Source of the DNA: Candidatus Curtissbacteria bacterium
GTDB taxonomy: Bacteria; Patescibacteriota; Microgenomatia; Curtissbacterales; GWA2-41-24
DNA: 64,000 nt
Assembly: GCA_016183325.1 (NCBI GenBank)
Contig: JACPEV010000003.1
Coordinates: forward strand, 82,000-145,999
Direction: 5' to 3'
Shown piece by piece: positions 9,131 to 18,384 of this stretch; the first letter of the stretch is position 1, and each line of letters opens with the position of its first letter. Made by a program: the position numbers and the translations under genes. The notes under the pieces are model-generated. The model had not been told where the DNA came from and ran no database searches. It saw nothing but the letters and a program-made list of their open reading frames with translations.

Positions 9131-10687
9131 ATGTTTCCCCTAACAGAGAATTATTTGACGCGTGGTTTTTGGGGTGATGAGGCGTGGACTTCGCTGATTT
9201 CGCAACTTCCGTATTTGCAAATGCTAAAAACCACGGCAGCGGATTTTCATCCCCCCGGATATTACACGGTGGTTGAGCTTTGGTATAAGGTTTTCCCGCC
9301 AACGGAAGTTTCGACAAGAATCGTTTCCATTGTTTTTTACTTTTTGACGATTTTTTTGGTTTATAAGCTTGCATCTCTTCTTATTAATTCCACCTCCGAG
9401 GAGCCCCCTTCGACTGCTTCGACTACGCTCAGTACGGGTTTGCTCAGGGCAAGCGAGCTCACCTCGGAGGTGAATAGGGATAAAGTTGAAGGGTCCAAGC
9501 TCGCACCTTGGGAGGTGATTAGTAAAAAAAGATTCTGGGGACTCTTGAGCGCAATAGTTGTCGCTGTTAATCCAATCTTTTTTACTTATGCGTTTGAAGC
9601 AAGGAACTATACGATGTTTGCATTTGCGTCTGTCGGATCTATTTATTTTTTGATTGGAATTTTGAACAAATCCACCTCCGAGGTGAAAAGTACTCCCACC
9701 TCGCAGGTGACTGGAGGTAAAGTTGAGGAGTCAAAGCTCGCACCTTGGGAGGTAAGTAGGGGTGGTGTTACTAATGTGATCTTTTTTATTCTTTTTTCAA
9801 CCTTAGGCATTTATACCCATTACTACATGTTTTTGACGCTTTTTGCACAGGGATTTTATATTGTACTTTTTCATCGAAAAATTCTTTTGAAAATGATCGG
9901 TATTTATGCAATCATCGGACTTTTATATTTGCCTTGGATGCCTTTTTTGTTGGGACAGCTAAAATCCGTCGGAAGCGGCTATTGGATCGGCCCAATAGAT
10001 GGGAAAACGCACTGGGAGGCAATTTTGCGCATACTTTCTGGAGAATTTGAAAATGGTTTTCGACCATTTTTATTGACACTTTCAATCGGGTTGATACTCA
10101 CAGGATTTTTTCAACATTTAAAAAAGAGGATATTGGCAAAAGCCTACATTTTGATTTGGTTTTGGGCGGTAGTGCCATTTATTCTGGCAACGTTACCAGG
10201 ACTTTCCATTAACGGTTTTAAATTACCCTTTCGACCAATTTTTTTCTGGAGATATTTGATCCCGGCTTCGGTACCCTTGTCGCTGATTATCTTGCAACCA
10301 CTGAGAACACTGAAATTGCAACCACTGAAAATACTGACATTAATCACTGTGATAGCACTGAGTTTGACTATAGATTATCTGACATTGACCCGCTATCCTT
10401 ACACTTTTCGCCAAGTTTATGAACAAAAAGTTTTGCCTGAAATTGCCTCTCGCGATAAAATAGTAACCGTTCTGCCTTCTTTCGCCGAAGTCCTTTACTA
10501 TCGAAATCGTTTTAGACTTGATAATGAACTAATAATTTTGCCAGAGGGAATAGTGCAATTTTCAGGGAAAAGTTTACTAGACGCATATGTGCAAAATGGA
10601 GTTGTAAAAATCGATGACAATCCGGCCGGAAGATATTTTGAGTTGAGACCAGGGCCGAGTATCGAAATGATAGAAAATAGTTTATAG
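9131..10687 (+). CDS. GT-C (PMT/ArnT-like) glycosyltransferase with two in-frame repeat insertions
   Basis: FWGDEA, DFHPPGYY, EARNY, YTHY; multiple TMs. Confidence 0.85.
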   Translation: MFPLTENYLTRGFWGDEAWTSLISQLPYLQMLKTTAADFHPPGYYTVVELWYKVFPPTEVSTRIVSIVFYFLTIFLVYKLASLLINSTSEEPPSTASTTLSTGLLRASELTSEVNRDKVEGSKLAPWEVISKKRFWGLLSAIVVAVNPIFFTYAFEARNYTMFAFASVGSIYFLIGILNKSTSEVKSTPTSQVTGGKVEESKLAPWEVSRGGVTNVIFFILFSTLGIYTHYYMFLTLFAQGFYIVLFHRKILLKMIGIYAIIGLLYLPWMPFLLGQLKSVGSGYWIGPIDGKTHWEAILRILSGEFENGFRPFLLTLSIGLILTGFFQHLKKRILAKAYILIWFWAVVPFILATLPGLSINGFKLPFRPIFFWRYLIPASVPLSLIILQPLRTLKLQPLKILTLITVIALSLTIDYLTLTRYPYTFRQVYEQKVLPEIASRDKIVTVLPSFAEVLYYRNRFRLDNELIILPEGIVQFSGKSLLDAYVQNGVVKIDDNPAGRYFELRPGPSIEMIENSL

Positions 10688-10809
10688 AAAGTGGAAAGAA
10701 GTAATGGACATTAGATAATAGAAATTGGACAATTTTCCAGTTTCCATTTTCCATAACCAATCTCTAGTTTCTAAAAACTAATTTCTTTTATGATTTACGG
10801 TTGTCTGAT

Positions 10810-12270
10810 ATGAAGAAGCATTTTTTGGTATTTGCCTTAATTCTATTTCTAATTTTCATCTTCCGTCTTCCATCACTCTTCGAACCTTTCTGGTACGGGG
10901 ATGAGGGCATTTTTGCGGCGGTTGCCAATAATTTGAATCAGGGAGGAGTGCTCTATCGTGACTCTTGGGATAACAAGCCGCCAATGATTTATTTGACTTA
11001 TGCTGCCATTTTTAAGTTTTTCGGAGTTTCTATGTTCTGGTTGAGACTTGCGGCGGCGATCGTCGTTCTGACAACAGCAGCAGTCATCTATGAAATTGGC
11101 CAAAAGATGCTTAGTAAAAAGAGGGCACTTTTGGCAACTTTCACTTTTGGATTTTTGACCTCGCTAAGGCTTATAGAAGGAAACTTGGCTTTAACAGAAA
11201 TCTTGATGATTCTGCCTATAACACTGGCGATCTTGATGGCAATTCTTCGTAAATTCGATTATGTTTCGCTTTTTTTCGCAGGCTTTCTTTTTGCGGTTGC
11301 TTCCCTCTATAAACAAGTGGGCGCTCTGGAAACAGGTGCACTGGGAATATATATCTTTTTGATCAGTAAAAATTTTGGCCAGTTTTTCACCAAAGGACTT
11401 GTTTTAACTGCTGGATTCGCAGTTCCATTTTTAGCATTTATTGCCTACTTTGCACCAAAAAATTTAGTCGGGGAATATATTTTCGCAGCTTATACTTACT
11501 ATCGAATTTATTTTGGTGAGAGTCCCAAATATACTTTTTTGATTAACCTATTAAAGTTTTTACCAATTATGGCAGCTGTGGCATGGGGCGCCTATCAAAA
11601 GGCTAGAAAAAAAGTTCAGCTTTTAAATTTATTATTACTTTGGGCCGCTTTTTCGGCTTTAGGCAGTTTTTTTTCGGGAAGAACTTACGGTCATTATCTG
11701 ATTCAAACGATCCCAGCAATTTCACTGATTTTGGCTTCGATTAATCTAAAATTCAAATTCAAGAAAAATGTTTTGATTTTTGGTCTTTTCTTTTTAGCAC
11801 CTCTTTTGATTTTGACCAAAGTTCTCTTTTTCGATTTTTTGACTTCGGGACCGTTAAATCAGTTCGGATACTGGGGTAACTTTTTGGCGTACAGTTTGGG
11901 CAAAAAAGGTCTTGATAACTATAATGACTATTTTGACAAAAATGTAAACTCAATTATGGCACTTGCCGACTTCTTTGCCACAAGGGGTGATGTGCAACCA
12001 ACTGCCTATATATGGGGAGACTACCCATGGCTTTATGCAATTTCTGATTTAAAAAATCCCGTCCGATATGTTACATCGTTTCACGTTTTCGGAGTTGGTG
12101 GCGGGCGCAGTGAAGTGGCAAAAGCTCTCACCTTGCGTCCTCCAAAATATATTATTAAACCTGCCAGTTCTATTGGGTATTTTAATGAGCTTGAAAGACT
12201 TTTAGTCGTAAAATATAGATTGTTTGCCAAGATAGAGTCAGCTGACGTCTATATAAAAGAACCTGAATAG
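10810..12270 (+). CDS. GT-C (ArnT-like) glycosyltransferase
   Basis: WYGDEG, WDNKPP, YKQ; multi-TM. Confidence 0.85.
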   Translation: MKKHFLVFALILFLIFIFRLPSLFEPFWYGDEGIFAAVANNLNQGGVLYRDSWDNKPPMIYLTYAAIFKFFGVSMFWLRLAAAIVVLTTAAVIYEIGQKMLSKKRALLATFTFGFLTSLRLIEGNLALTEILMILPITLAILMAILRKFDYVSLFFAGFLFAVASLYKQVGALETGALGIYIFLISKNFGQFFTKGLVLTAGFAVPFLAFIAYFAPKNLVGEYIFAAYTYYRIYFGESPKYTFLINLLKFLPIMAAVAWGAYQKARKKVQLLNLLLLWAAFSALGSFFSGRTYGHYLIQTIPAISLILASINLKFKFKKNVLIFGLFFLAPLLILTKVLFFDFLTSGPLNQFGYWGNFLAYSLGKKGLDNYNDYFDKNVNSIMALADFFATRGDVQPTAYIWGDYPWLYAISDLKNPVRYVTSFHVFGVGGGRSEVAKALTLRPPKYIIKPASSIGYFNELERLLVVKYRLFAKIESADVYIKEPE

Positions 12271-12272
12271 AG

Positions 12273-12674
12273 ATGGCTAAGAACAACAACAATACTTCCG
12301 CACGCCACTTAGATTCGTATGCGACAATTGCCCAAAGAAACTTTCAAAAGGATAAATTTGTACTTCTCGTTTTTTTGGCGGCCGTAATTTCAATCTTTTT
12401 GCAGGCTGCCATAATCGTGGGATCCTGGAGTAAATTGCCTCCAGAAATTCCGCTTTATTACTCAAGGCCATGGGGAGAAAATGTTCTTTCCCCGCCTGTT
12501 GGCTTGTGGCTTTTACCTGGCATTGGTCTCGTTTGCCTAATAATTAACTTCTTAATTGAAACTTTTCTAATTTCTGAAAACAAATTTCTTTCGAGAATTC
12601 TGGCTATTTTCTGTTTTTTGGTAGCTTTGACGACTTTATACGGTACTTTTAAAATAGTCAGTCTTTTAATATGA
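12273..12674 (+). CDS. Membrane protein (DUF1648-like)
   Basis: LPPEIPLYYS.PWG, 3 TM. Confidence 0.6.
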   Translation: MAKNNNNTSARHLDSYATIAQRNFQKDKFVLLVFLAAVISIFLQAAIIVGSWSKLPPEIPLYYSRPWGENVLSPPVGLWLLPGIGLVCLIINFLIETFLISENKFLSRILAIFCFLVALTTLYGTFKIVSLLI

Positions 12675-13765
12675 ATTTAATTATTCCTTTTGGCGTATCG
12701 TTGATCTTAAGTTTGATCTTGACACCTTTGACTATTTTATTTGCTAAAAAATACGGGCTAGTTGATGATCCAAGAGTCCATAAACACCCCGCAATTTTGC
12801 ATAAGAGGGCGGTACCAAGGGCAGGTGGAATTCCAATTTTTTTAGCTTTTGTGGCAACCATAGTTTTGACACTTGGCTTATCAAAACAAATTATTGGAGT
12901 TTTTTTGGGAGGTTTGTTGCTTGTGGTAGTTGGGATTATGGATGATAAATATGATTTAAAAAATTCGTATAAACTTTTCTTTCAAATTTTGGCAGCACTA
13001 CTTGTGATTGCCAGCGGAGTAGGTATTACTTTTATAACTAATCCGTTTACGCTATTTGACTCTTCTGGCTTTGGCTTGGGACCTGTAATTCATCTAGATT
13101 TCTGGCGTCTTAGTTTTAATTTTTTTGGAGAACATTCGATTTTAGTTTTGGCAGATATTTTCGCACTATTTTGGATTGTATGGGTCATTAACATGGTTAA
13201 CTTTTCGACAGGAGTGGATGGACAAATGCCTGGAATAGTTTTTGCTTCGCTGATGGTAATATTTATAGCCACTTTGAGATTTTTCCCGAAAGATCCGAAT
13301 GAGCTTATTGTTACTAAAATGGCACTAGTCGGAGCAGGTGCAACTTTGGGATTTTTGTTTTTTAACTTTTATCCGGCAAAAATTTTCCCTGGAGATTCCG
13401 GGTCTTATTTTTTGGGATTTTTAGTAGCGGTTTTGGCAATACTAGCTGGAGCAAGAGTAGGAACTGCAATTTTAGTAATGGCAGTACCGCTAATTGATGG
13501 GGTTTTTACAATCATCAGGAGAATTATAAACAGGCAATCACCTTTTGTCGGAGACCGGAAACATCTGCAACACAGGCTGATGGAACTAGGCTGGGGACAG
13601 AGACGAGTAGCCTTGTTTTATTGGCTTTTGTGTGCTATTTTGGGGCTTATTGCGCTGACTCTTTCGCCGACTGAAAAACTTTTCGCAGGAATTGTTAGCG
13701 CTATTATTGTCTTAGGAGGATTGCTTTGGCTCAATATGAGTTTACAACAAAAGGCCCAAGATTAA
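12671..13765 (+). CDS. WecA/TagO (MraY-like) polyprenyl-phosphate sugar-1-phosphate transferase
   Basis: PRAGG, GIMDD, NFSTGVDG, PAKIFPGDSG, GDRKHL.HRL. Confidence 0.9.
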   Translation: MNLIIPFGVSLILSLILTPLTILFAKKYGLVDDPRVHKHPAILHKRAVPRAGGIPIFLAFVATIVLTLGLSKQIIGVFLGGLLLVVVGIMDDKYDLKNSYKLFFQILAALLVIASGVGITFITNPFTLFDSSGFGLGPVIHLDFWRLSFNFFGEHSILVLADIFALFWIVWVINMVNFSTGVDGQMPGIVFASLMVIFIATLRFFPKDPNELIVTKMALVGAGATLGFLFFNFYPAKIFPGDSGSYFLGFLVAVLAILAGARVGTAILVMAVPLIDGVFTIIRRIINRQSPFVGDRKHLQHRLMELGWGQRRVALFYWLLCAILGLIALTLSPTEKLFAGIVSAIIVLGGLLWLNMSLQQKAQD

Positions 13766-14736
13766 TCTGGTTACCATTTTGGTTGTTAATCTCTGCACGG
13801 CCAAGACAATGGCTTAAGAACTTAGCTCTTTTTGCTCCATTAGTTTTCGAAGGTGAATTTTTTAATCCTAACAAATTTTTTATTACAATTTTTGGTTTTT
13901 TCATTTTTTCGATGATAACTTCGGGAATTTATATTATTAATGACGTAATTGATCTCAAATCTGATCTTGTCCATCCTTATAAAAGAAAAAGGCCAATTGC
14001 AGCAGGAAAGATTAATCCAATTGTGGCACTGATTTGCGCAGTTTTAATTTTGATTGTGGCGCTATTTCTGGCCAGTAAACTTTCGTCATTCTTTGCATAT
14101 GCGGCTATTGCTTACACAATTTTGCAGATTGTTTATTCTCTGTTTTTAAGATCGGTGATTTTGGTGGATGTGATGGCGATCGCTTCGGGATTTTTACTAA
14201 GAGTTTACGCGGGAGCCTCGCTAATTGACGCTCACGTAACGGTTTGGTTTATTTTAACGGTTGTGTCTCTGGCCTTGTTTTTGGCAATTGGAAAAAGGCG
14301 CTCTGAGCGTACATTGCTTATGGCGAGTGAAGAAAAGACTCTTGGGACGAGAAGGATTTTGCATCATTATCCGGAGACACTTCTTGATTCCTTAACAATT
14401 ATGTTTGCGACTGCATCCTGGCTTTCTTATACGATGTTTACGTTTTTGCAACCCCCACCTTCTGCAGGACCGCAAGTTTTAGTTTTGTTTGGCGACTATT
14501 TGCCAAGAACTTTTTTGGCATCTAAATGGCTGATGATTACTGTACCTTTTGTGATTTATGGCGTAATGAGGTATTTGTATGTGATTTATGAGAAAAAAGA
14601 GGGCGAATCGCCGGAGAGAATTTTACTCTCTGATATCCCGCTTCTGACTTCAGTAATATTGTGGATGGTCTTGGTTTTTGTGATTATTTACGGCAGCGAC
14701 TTTTTGCCGGCCAGAATAATTCGCTATTTGCAGTAG
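13726..14736 (+). CDS. UbiA-family decaprenyl-phosphate phosphoribosyltransferase-like protein
   Basis: RPRQWLKN, NDVID..D..HP.KR.RPIAAG, GKRRSE. Confidence 0.88.
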   Translation: MAQYEFTTKGPRLIWLPFWLLISARPRQWLKNLALFAPLVFEGEFFNPNKFFITIFGFFIFSMITSGIYIINDVIDLKSDLVHPYKRKRPIAAGKINPIVALICAVLILIVALFLASKLSSFFAYAAIAYTILQIVYSLFLRSVILVDVMAIASGFLLRVYAGASLIDAHVTVWFILTVVSLALFLAIGKRRSERTLLMASEEKTLGTRRILHHYPETLLDSLTIMFATASWLSYTMFTFLQPPPSAGPQVLVLFGDYLPRTFLASKWLMITVPFVIYGVMRYLYVIYEKKEGESPERILLSDIPLLTSVILWMVLVFVIIYGSDFLPARIIRYLQ

Positions 14737-14815
14737 GTCTATCACGATCCCGTTTCGTGATTGTTTCGTGATTATACCAACAATGGTTGGAGAAGGCGAA
14801 AGGGCATTGACTTGT

Positions 14816-14841
14816 TACTATTATACTAGTATATTAGTTTT
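14816..14841. promoter_or_regulatory. Operator-like repeat with ATACTAGTAT palindrome (second copy 15280-15305)
   Basis: 26-bp direct repeat with 2 mismatches flanking the TrpR-like gene. Confidence 0.6.
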
Positions 14842-14847
14842 TGAAAC

Positions 14848-15279
14848 GTGACGCGGGTTTCAAGAATAAAATTGCACCCAAAAAAGATTGCAGAAATACG
14901 AGAATACTTCTCTTTCCTGATTGCTTCCCTTAACAATTCGGGTGAGATAGAAAATTTTCTTGATGGTTTTTTAACAGATGAAGAGAAAGTTATGCTTTCA
15001 AAAAGACTGGTTCTTTTGATGATGTTGAAACGGGGATACTTATCAGGCGAGATTGCGTCGGTTCTTTCGATGAGCTACGAGAGTATAAGAACATATAAAA
15101 ACCTGCTGGTTACCAGAAATAACCAGTTTCATAAGACGATCAAGATACTTGTTAAGAGAGATGGAGCTAAGGAATTCTGGCAAAAGGTGGACAAAATATT
15201 GAAACCTCTGGACTTGGCTTTACGTTCTGGAACTGATATGAAGGCCCGAGCGAAGCTCTACTCTGGTGACTGGAACTAG
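14848..15279 (+). CDS. TrpR-like (YerC/YecD) regulator
   Basis: FL..FLT.EE..ML.KRL....ML..G....EIA..L.MS. Confidence 0.8.
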   Translation: MTRVSRIKLHPKKIAEIREYFSFLIASLNNSGEIENFLDGFLTDEEKVMLSKRLVLLMMLKRGYLSGEIASVLSMSYESIRTYKNLLVTRNNQFHKTIKILVKRDGAKEFWQKVDKILKPLDLALRSGTDMKARAKLYSGDWN

Positions 15280-15313
15280 TACCATTATACTAGTATATTG
15301 GTTTTAAAGACAT

Positions 15314-15766
15314 TTAGTTTGCTCGAATAGTAAATTCAATTGTTTGACCTTCGGCAGTAGCTTCTTCACCTGAGAAGAGGCTAATGGGAACTGAGGTTTT
15401 TTGGGGAACTGCGATTTTGGTGATTTGATTATCGAGATCTTCGCTGAAAAAGGGCTTGGCTTGGCCGGATGTGACGTCCAGTGAATAAGTTTGAGTTTGA
15501 TTGGTGGGATTATTGAGAATGAGGACTGAAAGAAAGGCTTGGGATGGGCCAAGTTTATCAAAGGAAATTTTATAGCGATCTTCTTGTTGTGATAAAGTCA
15601 TATCTGGGAATTTGTCGATTTGGGAAACTATTAGATATTTTGACTGGTTTTTGACTCCGGCCACTTTTGTAAAACTTGCGGCAAATAAAAGAGGTAGGGC
15701 AAGAATAGCAATTAAAATTAGGGTGGCGAAAAAGTTGGCAGTGATTTTGAGAAAATGATTATTCAT
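15314..15766 (-). CDS. Hypothetical anchored protein
   Basis: N-terminal TM then KVAGV and beta-rich domain. Confidence 0.65.
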   Translation of the reverse strand: MNNHFLKITANFFATLILIAILALPLLFAASFTKVAGVKNQSKYLIVSQIDKFPDMTLSQQEDRYKISFDKLGPSQAFLSVLILNNPTNQTQTYSLDVTSGQAKPFFSEDLDNQITKIAVPQKTSVPISLFSGEEATAEGQTIEFTIRAN

Positions 15767-15873
15767 TTTAAATTTCTAATTACTCTAATTTCTAATTTCT
15801 AAATAATATCCCAATTAATAAATTTCTAATTTTTAGGTCAATTAGAATAATTAGGTTAATTAGGTCAATTCTA

Positions 15874-16407
15874 CTAGTTCCTACTAAGCTCTATTTCCCT
15901 TTCGATATCAATGGCAAAAACCCAGGAAAAGTTGGCGGCAACAATAAAAGCGATGAAGGCAAGATAAGGATAAGTAATGCCCAGAACTGTGGAGATAATC
16001 AGAAAGCCGACTGTCAGCCACAAAAAGATAAGCCAGATGGCAGCTTGATGATAGAGATGGTAGCTTGGAGCCACAAGATTTTCTAAATTTAATGCGACTA
16101 GTTTGGCATGAAGAGTGGGGTGGATATGACTTTCGTGGAAGTAGTGGGCTTGGATGATCACCAAAAGAGTGCCGAGACTGGCGGCTATAAACATACCCAT
16201 GTTGGAGTAGCTTTCGGCCAGAATGTAATCTTTGAGATTGGCAAATTCAACAGCAGGTAAGATTTTAAGGAAATGGCCGGCTTGGACCGTAAAAGGTAAT
16301 TGGAAATAGAGACTGGCCAAAAGAAGGCCAAGCATTTTACCAATGATCAAAGCAGCTGCGGGCATGATAGCCTCGTCGATGAGTTTGAGAAGAGATTTAA
16401 CAATCAT
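15874..16407 (-). CDS. Hypothetical membrane protein
   Basis: 4 TM, His-rich HYFHESHIHP loop. Confidence 0.7.
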   Translation of the reverse strand: MIVKSLLKLIDEAIMPAAALIIGKMLGLLLASLYFQLPFTVQAGHFLKILPAVEFANLKDYILAESYSNMGMFIAASLGTLLVIIQAHYFHESHIHPTLHAKLVALNLENLVAPSYHLYHQAAIWLIFLWLTVGFLIISTVLGITYPYLAFIAFIVAANFSWVFAIDIEREIELSRN

Positions 16408-16532
16408 AAGCTAAGTTTACCAAATTTAGGGGATTGCATAATTACGAACGTAAAACCATCATCAATTTTGCCATGGCGAATTGTGTGATGGCAATTTCAA
16501 TTTGTAAACATTGATGGAGATATGAACTTATG

Positions 16533-16597
16533 TTAGTTTCTTCCAGTAAATTTATAGCCAATGAGCTTGTAGGCCAGTTTGGCAGCTGGAAAATCTT
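16533..16597 (-). pseudogene. Relic copy of speB 3' end
   Basis: DFPAAKLAYKLIGYKFTGRN* versus SpeB DFLAAKLAYKLIGYRFL*. Confidence 0.85.
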
Positions 16598-16599
16598 GG

Positions 16600-17478
16600 C
16601 TATTGGGGAGCTTCGGCCGTTGCTAGAATTACTATCATCCCTTCTTCTTTTTCAAGACTGCCTTCGGTCCCTGGAATATATTTTCGGACTCTAACCGATT
16701 CGAAACCAGCTTTTTTTAATGCTTTTCTCAGCGAATTTTGGTCAATCGTCAGATTCGTGTGGTACTTTTGGGTAACAATTGGATCTTCACCAAAAGTTTC
16801 AATATTCTCTTCAGTGAATTCTTGAAAATCAATTATTATTAAACGACCTTGTGGATTTAAATGGTTTCTAATCTGTTTAAAAAGTGGAAGCTCTGTAAGT
16901 TCGTGCACCCCTTGAGGTGCAAATATGGCAAAAGTCATCATGATATTGTCAAATTTTCTATCACCTAGGCTTCTATCCAGATCGTAATAATCGCCAACGA
17001 TTAGATCCGCCTTTCCATCTGGTGTTAGACTTTTTGCTACTAGAGCCCGGGTGATCCCTTCAGGAGTTCGACCTTGACCATATCGTTTATACCTGGCGAT
17101 TGCTTCTATTAATGTTTTTAAATTTTCTACATCCCTGCCTTCGGCGTATTGGAAAGTTGCTGCTTCACCCTTTAAGGCCTGGTAGAACTCTCTTAATGCT
17201 TGAATGTTTTTGGCAGAAAGATCAAAAGCCGTTATACAGGTAACTTTATCTTCAACTGCTGGCATGTAGTACCAGTGGGTACTTCCAGCTCCTAAGTTTA
17301 GAAGGGACCCCTCTCGTACAGATCCCCTGAGAAACGTCAAAAAAGCTTGCAGATCAGGATCGTCAATTATTGCCCTTCCTTTTTCCCTGTAGATATTTTC
17401 TCTATCGAAGTCGCGTCGGACGGGACCGATAGGATTGTAACCTTCTTGATTATGTTCGCCTTCAGTGAATTCAACCAT
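16600..17478 (-). CDS. Class I SAM-dependent methyltransferase
   Basis: LLNLGAG, FDLS, LNPQGRLIIID, LKKAGF. Confidence 0.8.
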   Translation of the reverse strand: MVEFTEGEHNQEGYNPIGPVRRDFDRENIYREKGRAIIDDPDLQAFLTFLRGSVREGSLLNLGAGSTHWYYMPAVEDKVTCITAFDLSAKNIQALREFYQALKGEAATFQYAEGRDVENLKTLIEAIARYKRYGQGRTPEGITRALVAKSLTPDGKADLIVGDYYDLDRSLGDRKFDNIMMTFAIFAPQGVHELTELPLFKQIRNHLNPQGRLIIIDFQEFTEENIETFGEDPIVTQKYHTNLTIDQNSLRKALKKAGFESVRVRKYIPGTEGSLEKEEGMIVILATAEAPQ

Positions 17479-17499
17479 AAACAAAATTATAGCATATCT

Positions 17500-18384
17500 T
17501 CATAAGAATCTGTATCCTATAAGTTTGTAGGCCAGTTTGGCGGCAAGAAAATCGGGGGCTTGCTGTCCGGGGATGGGGTCAAGCTCGACGATATCGCAGC
17601 CAACAATGTTGTGTTTTTGGGCAACTTTTTTAAGGAGTGCAAGGGTTTCATACCAACCAATTCCACCGGGTTCGGGTGTACCAACAGCTGGCATGATAGA
17701 TGTATCAAAAGCATCAAGATCAAATGTTAGATAGACATTTTTCTTGAGAGTGGCAAGAATTTTACTGACTGGAAGTTCAGGAGCATAAAAAATATTATTT
17801 AATTTGGATTTTTTGAAAAATTCGGCCTCTTCTTTGCTGTGACTGCGAATACCAACATGAGTAACGGGAATTTTTAGATCTTCAACGACTCTGCGCATAG
17901 TTGTGGCATGCGAGTAAAGAGTGTCTTCAAATTCAAACCGAGAGTCAGTGTGGGCATCAAGTTGAAGCACAGAAAGATTGCGGTATTTTTGGGCGCAGGC
18001 AGCGGCACCGGCAAGGGCCAGGGAGTGCTCGCCGCCGAGCATTAAAGGAAATTTGTTGTCTTTGAGTATGCCTGCGATGATATCTGTCACTCGATCGATA
18101 GTTTCTTTGGGAGAATTTTTGGAGACTTGAACCTCGCCAAGGGTAAAGACACCAACCTCTGACGAGTCTTTTTTGAGCTCTTCATCCCAAAGTTCCAGGT
18201 GTCTTGAGGCCTCGATTATTGCTCGAGGCCCATCTTTGGTGCCGGATTTCCAGTAAGTGGTGGAATTATACGGGACTGGCAAAACGACAACTTTTGATGA
18301 GTCGTAATCTTGAATGTCTAGACCCAAGAAATTAAAGGGTTCTGTTTGGGGGTAGTTAAAATTAGGTCCCCGTAAATCCGCCAT
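17500..18384 (-). CDS. speB: Agmatinase
   Basis: GGEHS, DAHTD, DLDAFD, GTPEPGG. Confidence 0.93.
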   Translation of the reverse strand: MADLRGPNFNYPQTEPFNFLGLDIQDYDSSKVVVLPVPYNSTTYWKSGTKDGPRAIIEASRHLELWDEELKKDSSEVGVFTLGEVQVSKNSPKETIDRVTDIIAGILKDNKFPLMLGGEHSLALAGAAACAQKYRNLSVLQLDAHTDSRFEFEDTLYSHATTMRRVVEDLKIPVTHVGIRSHSKEEAEFFKKSKLNNIFYAPELPVSKILATLKKNVYLTFDLDAFDTSIMPAVGTPEPGGIGWYETLALLKKVAQKHNIVGCDIVELDPIPGQQAPDFLAAKLAYKLIGYRFL

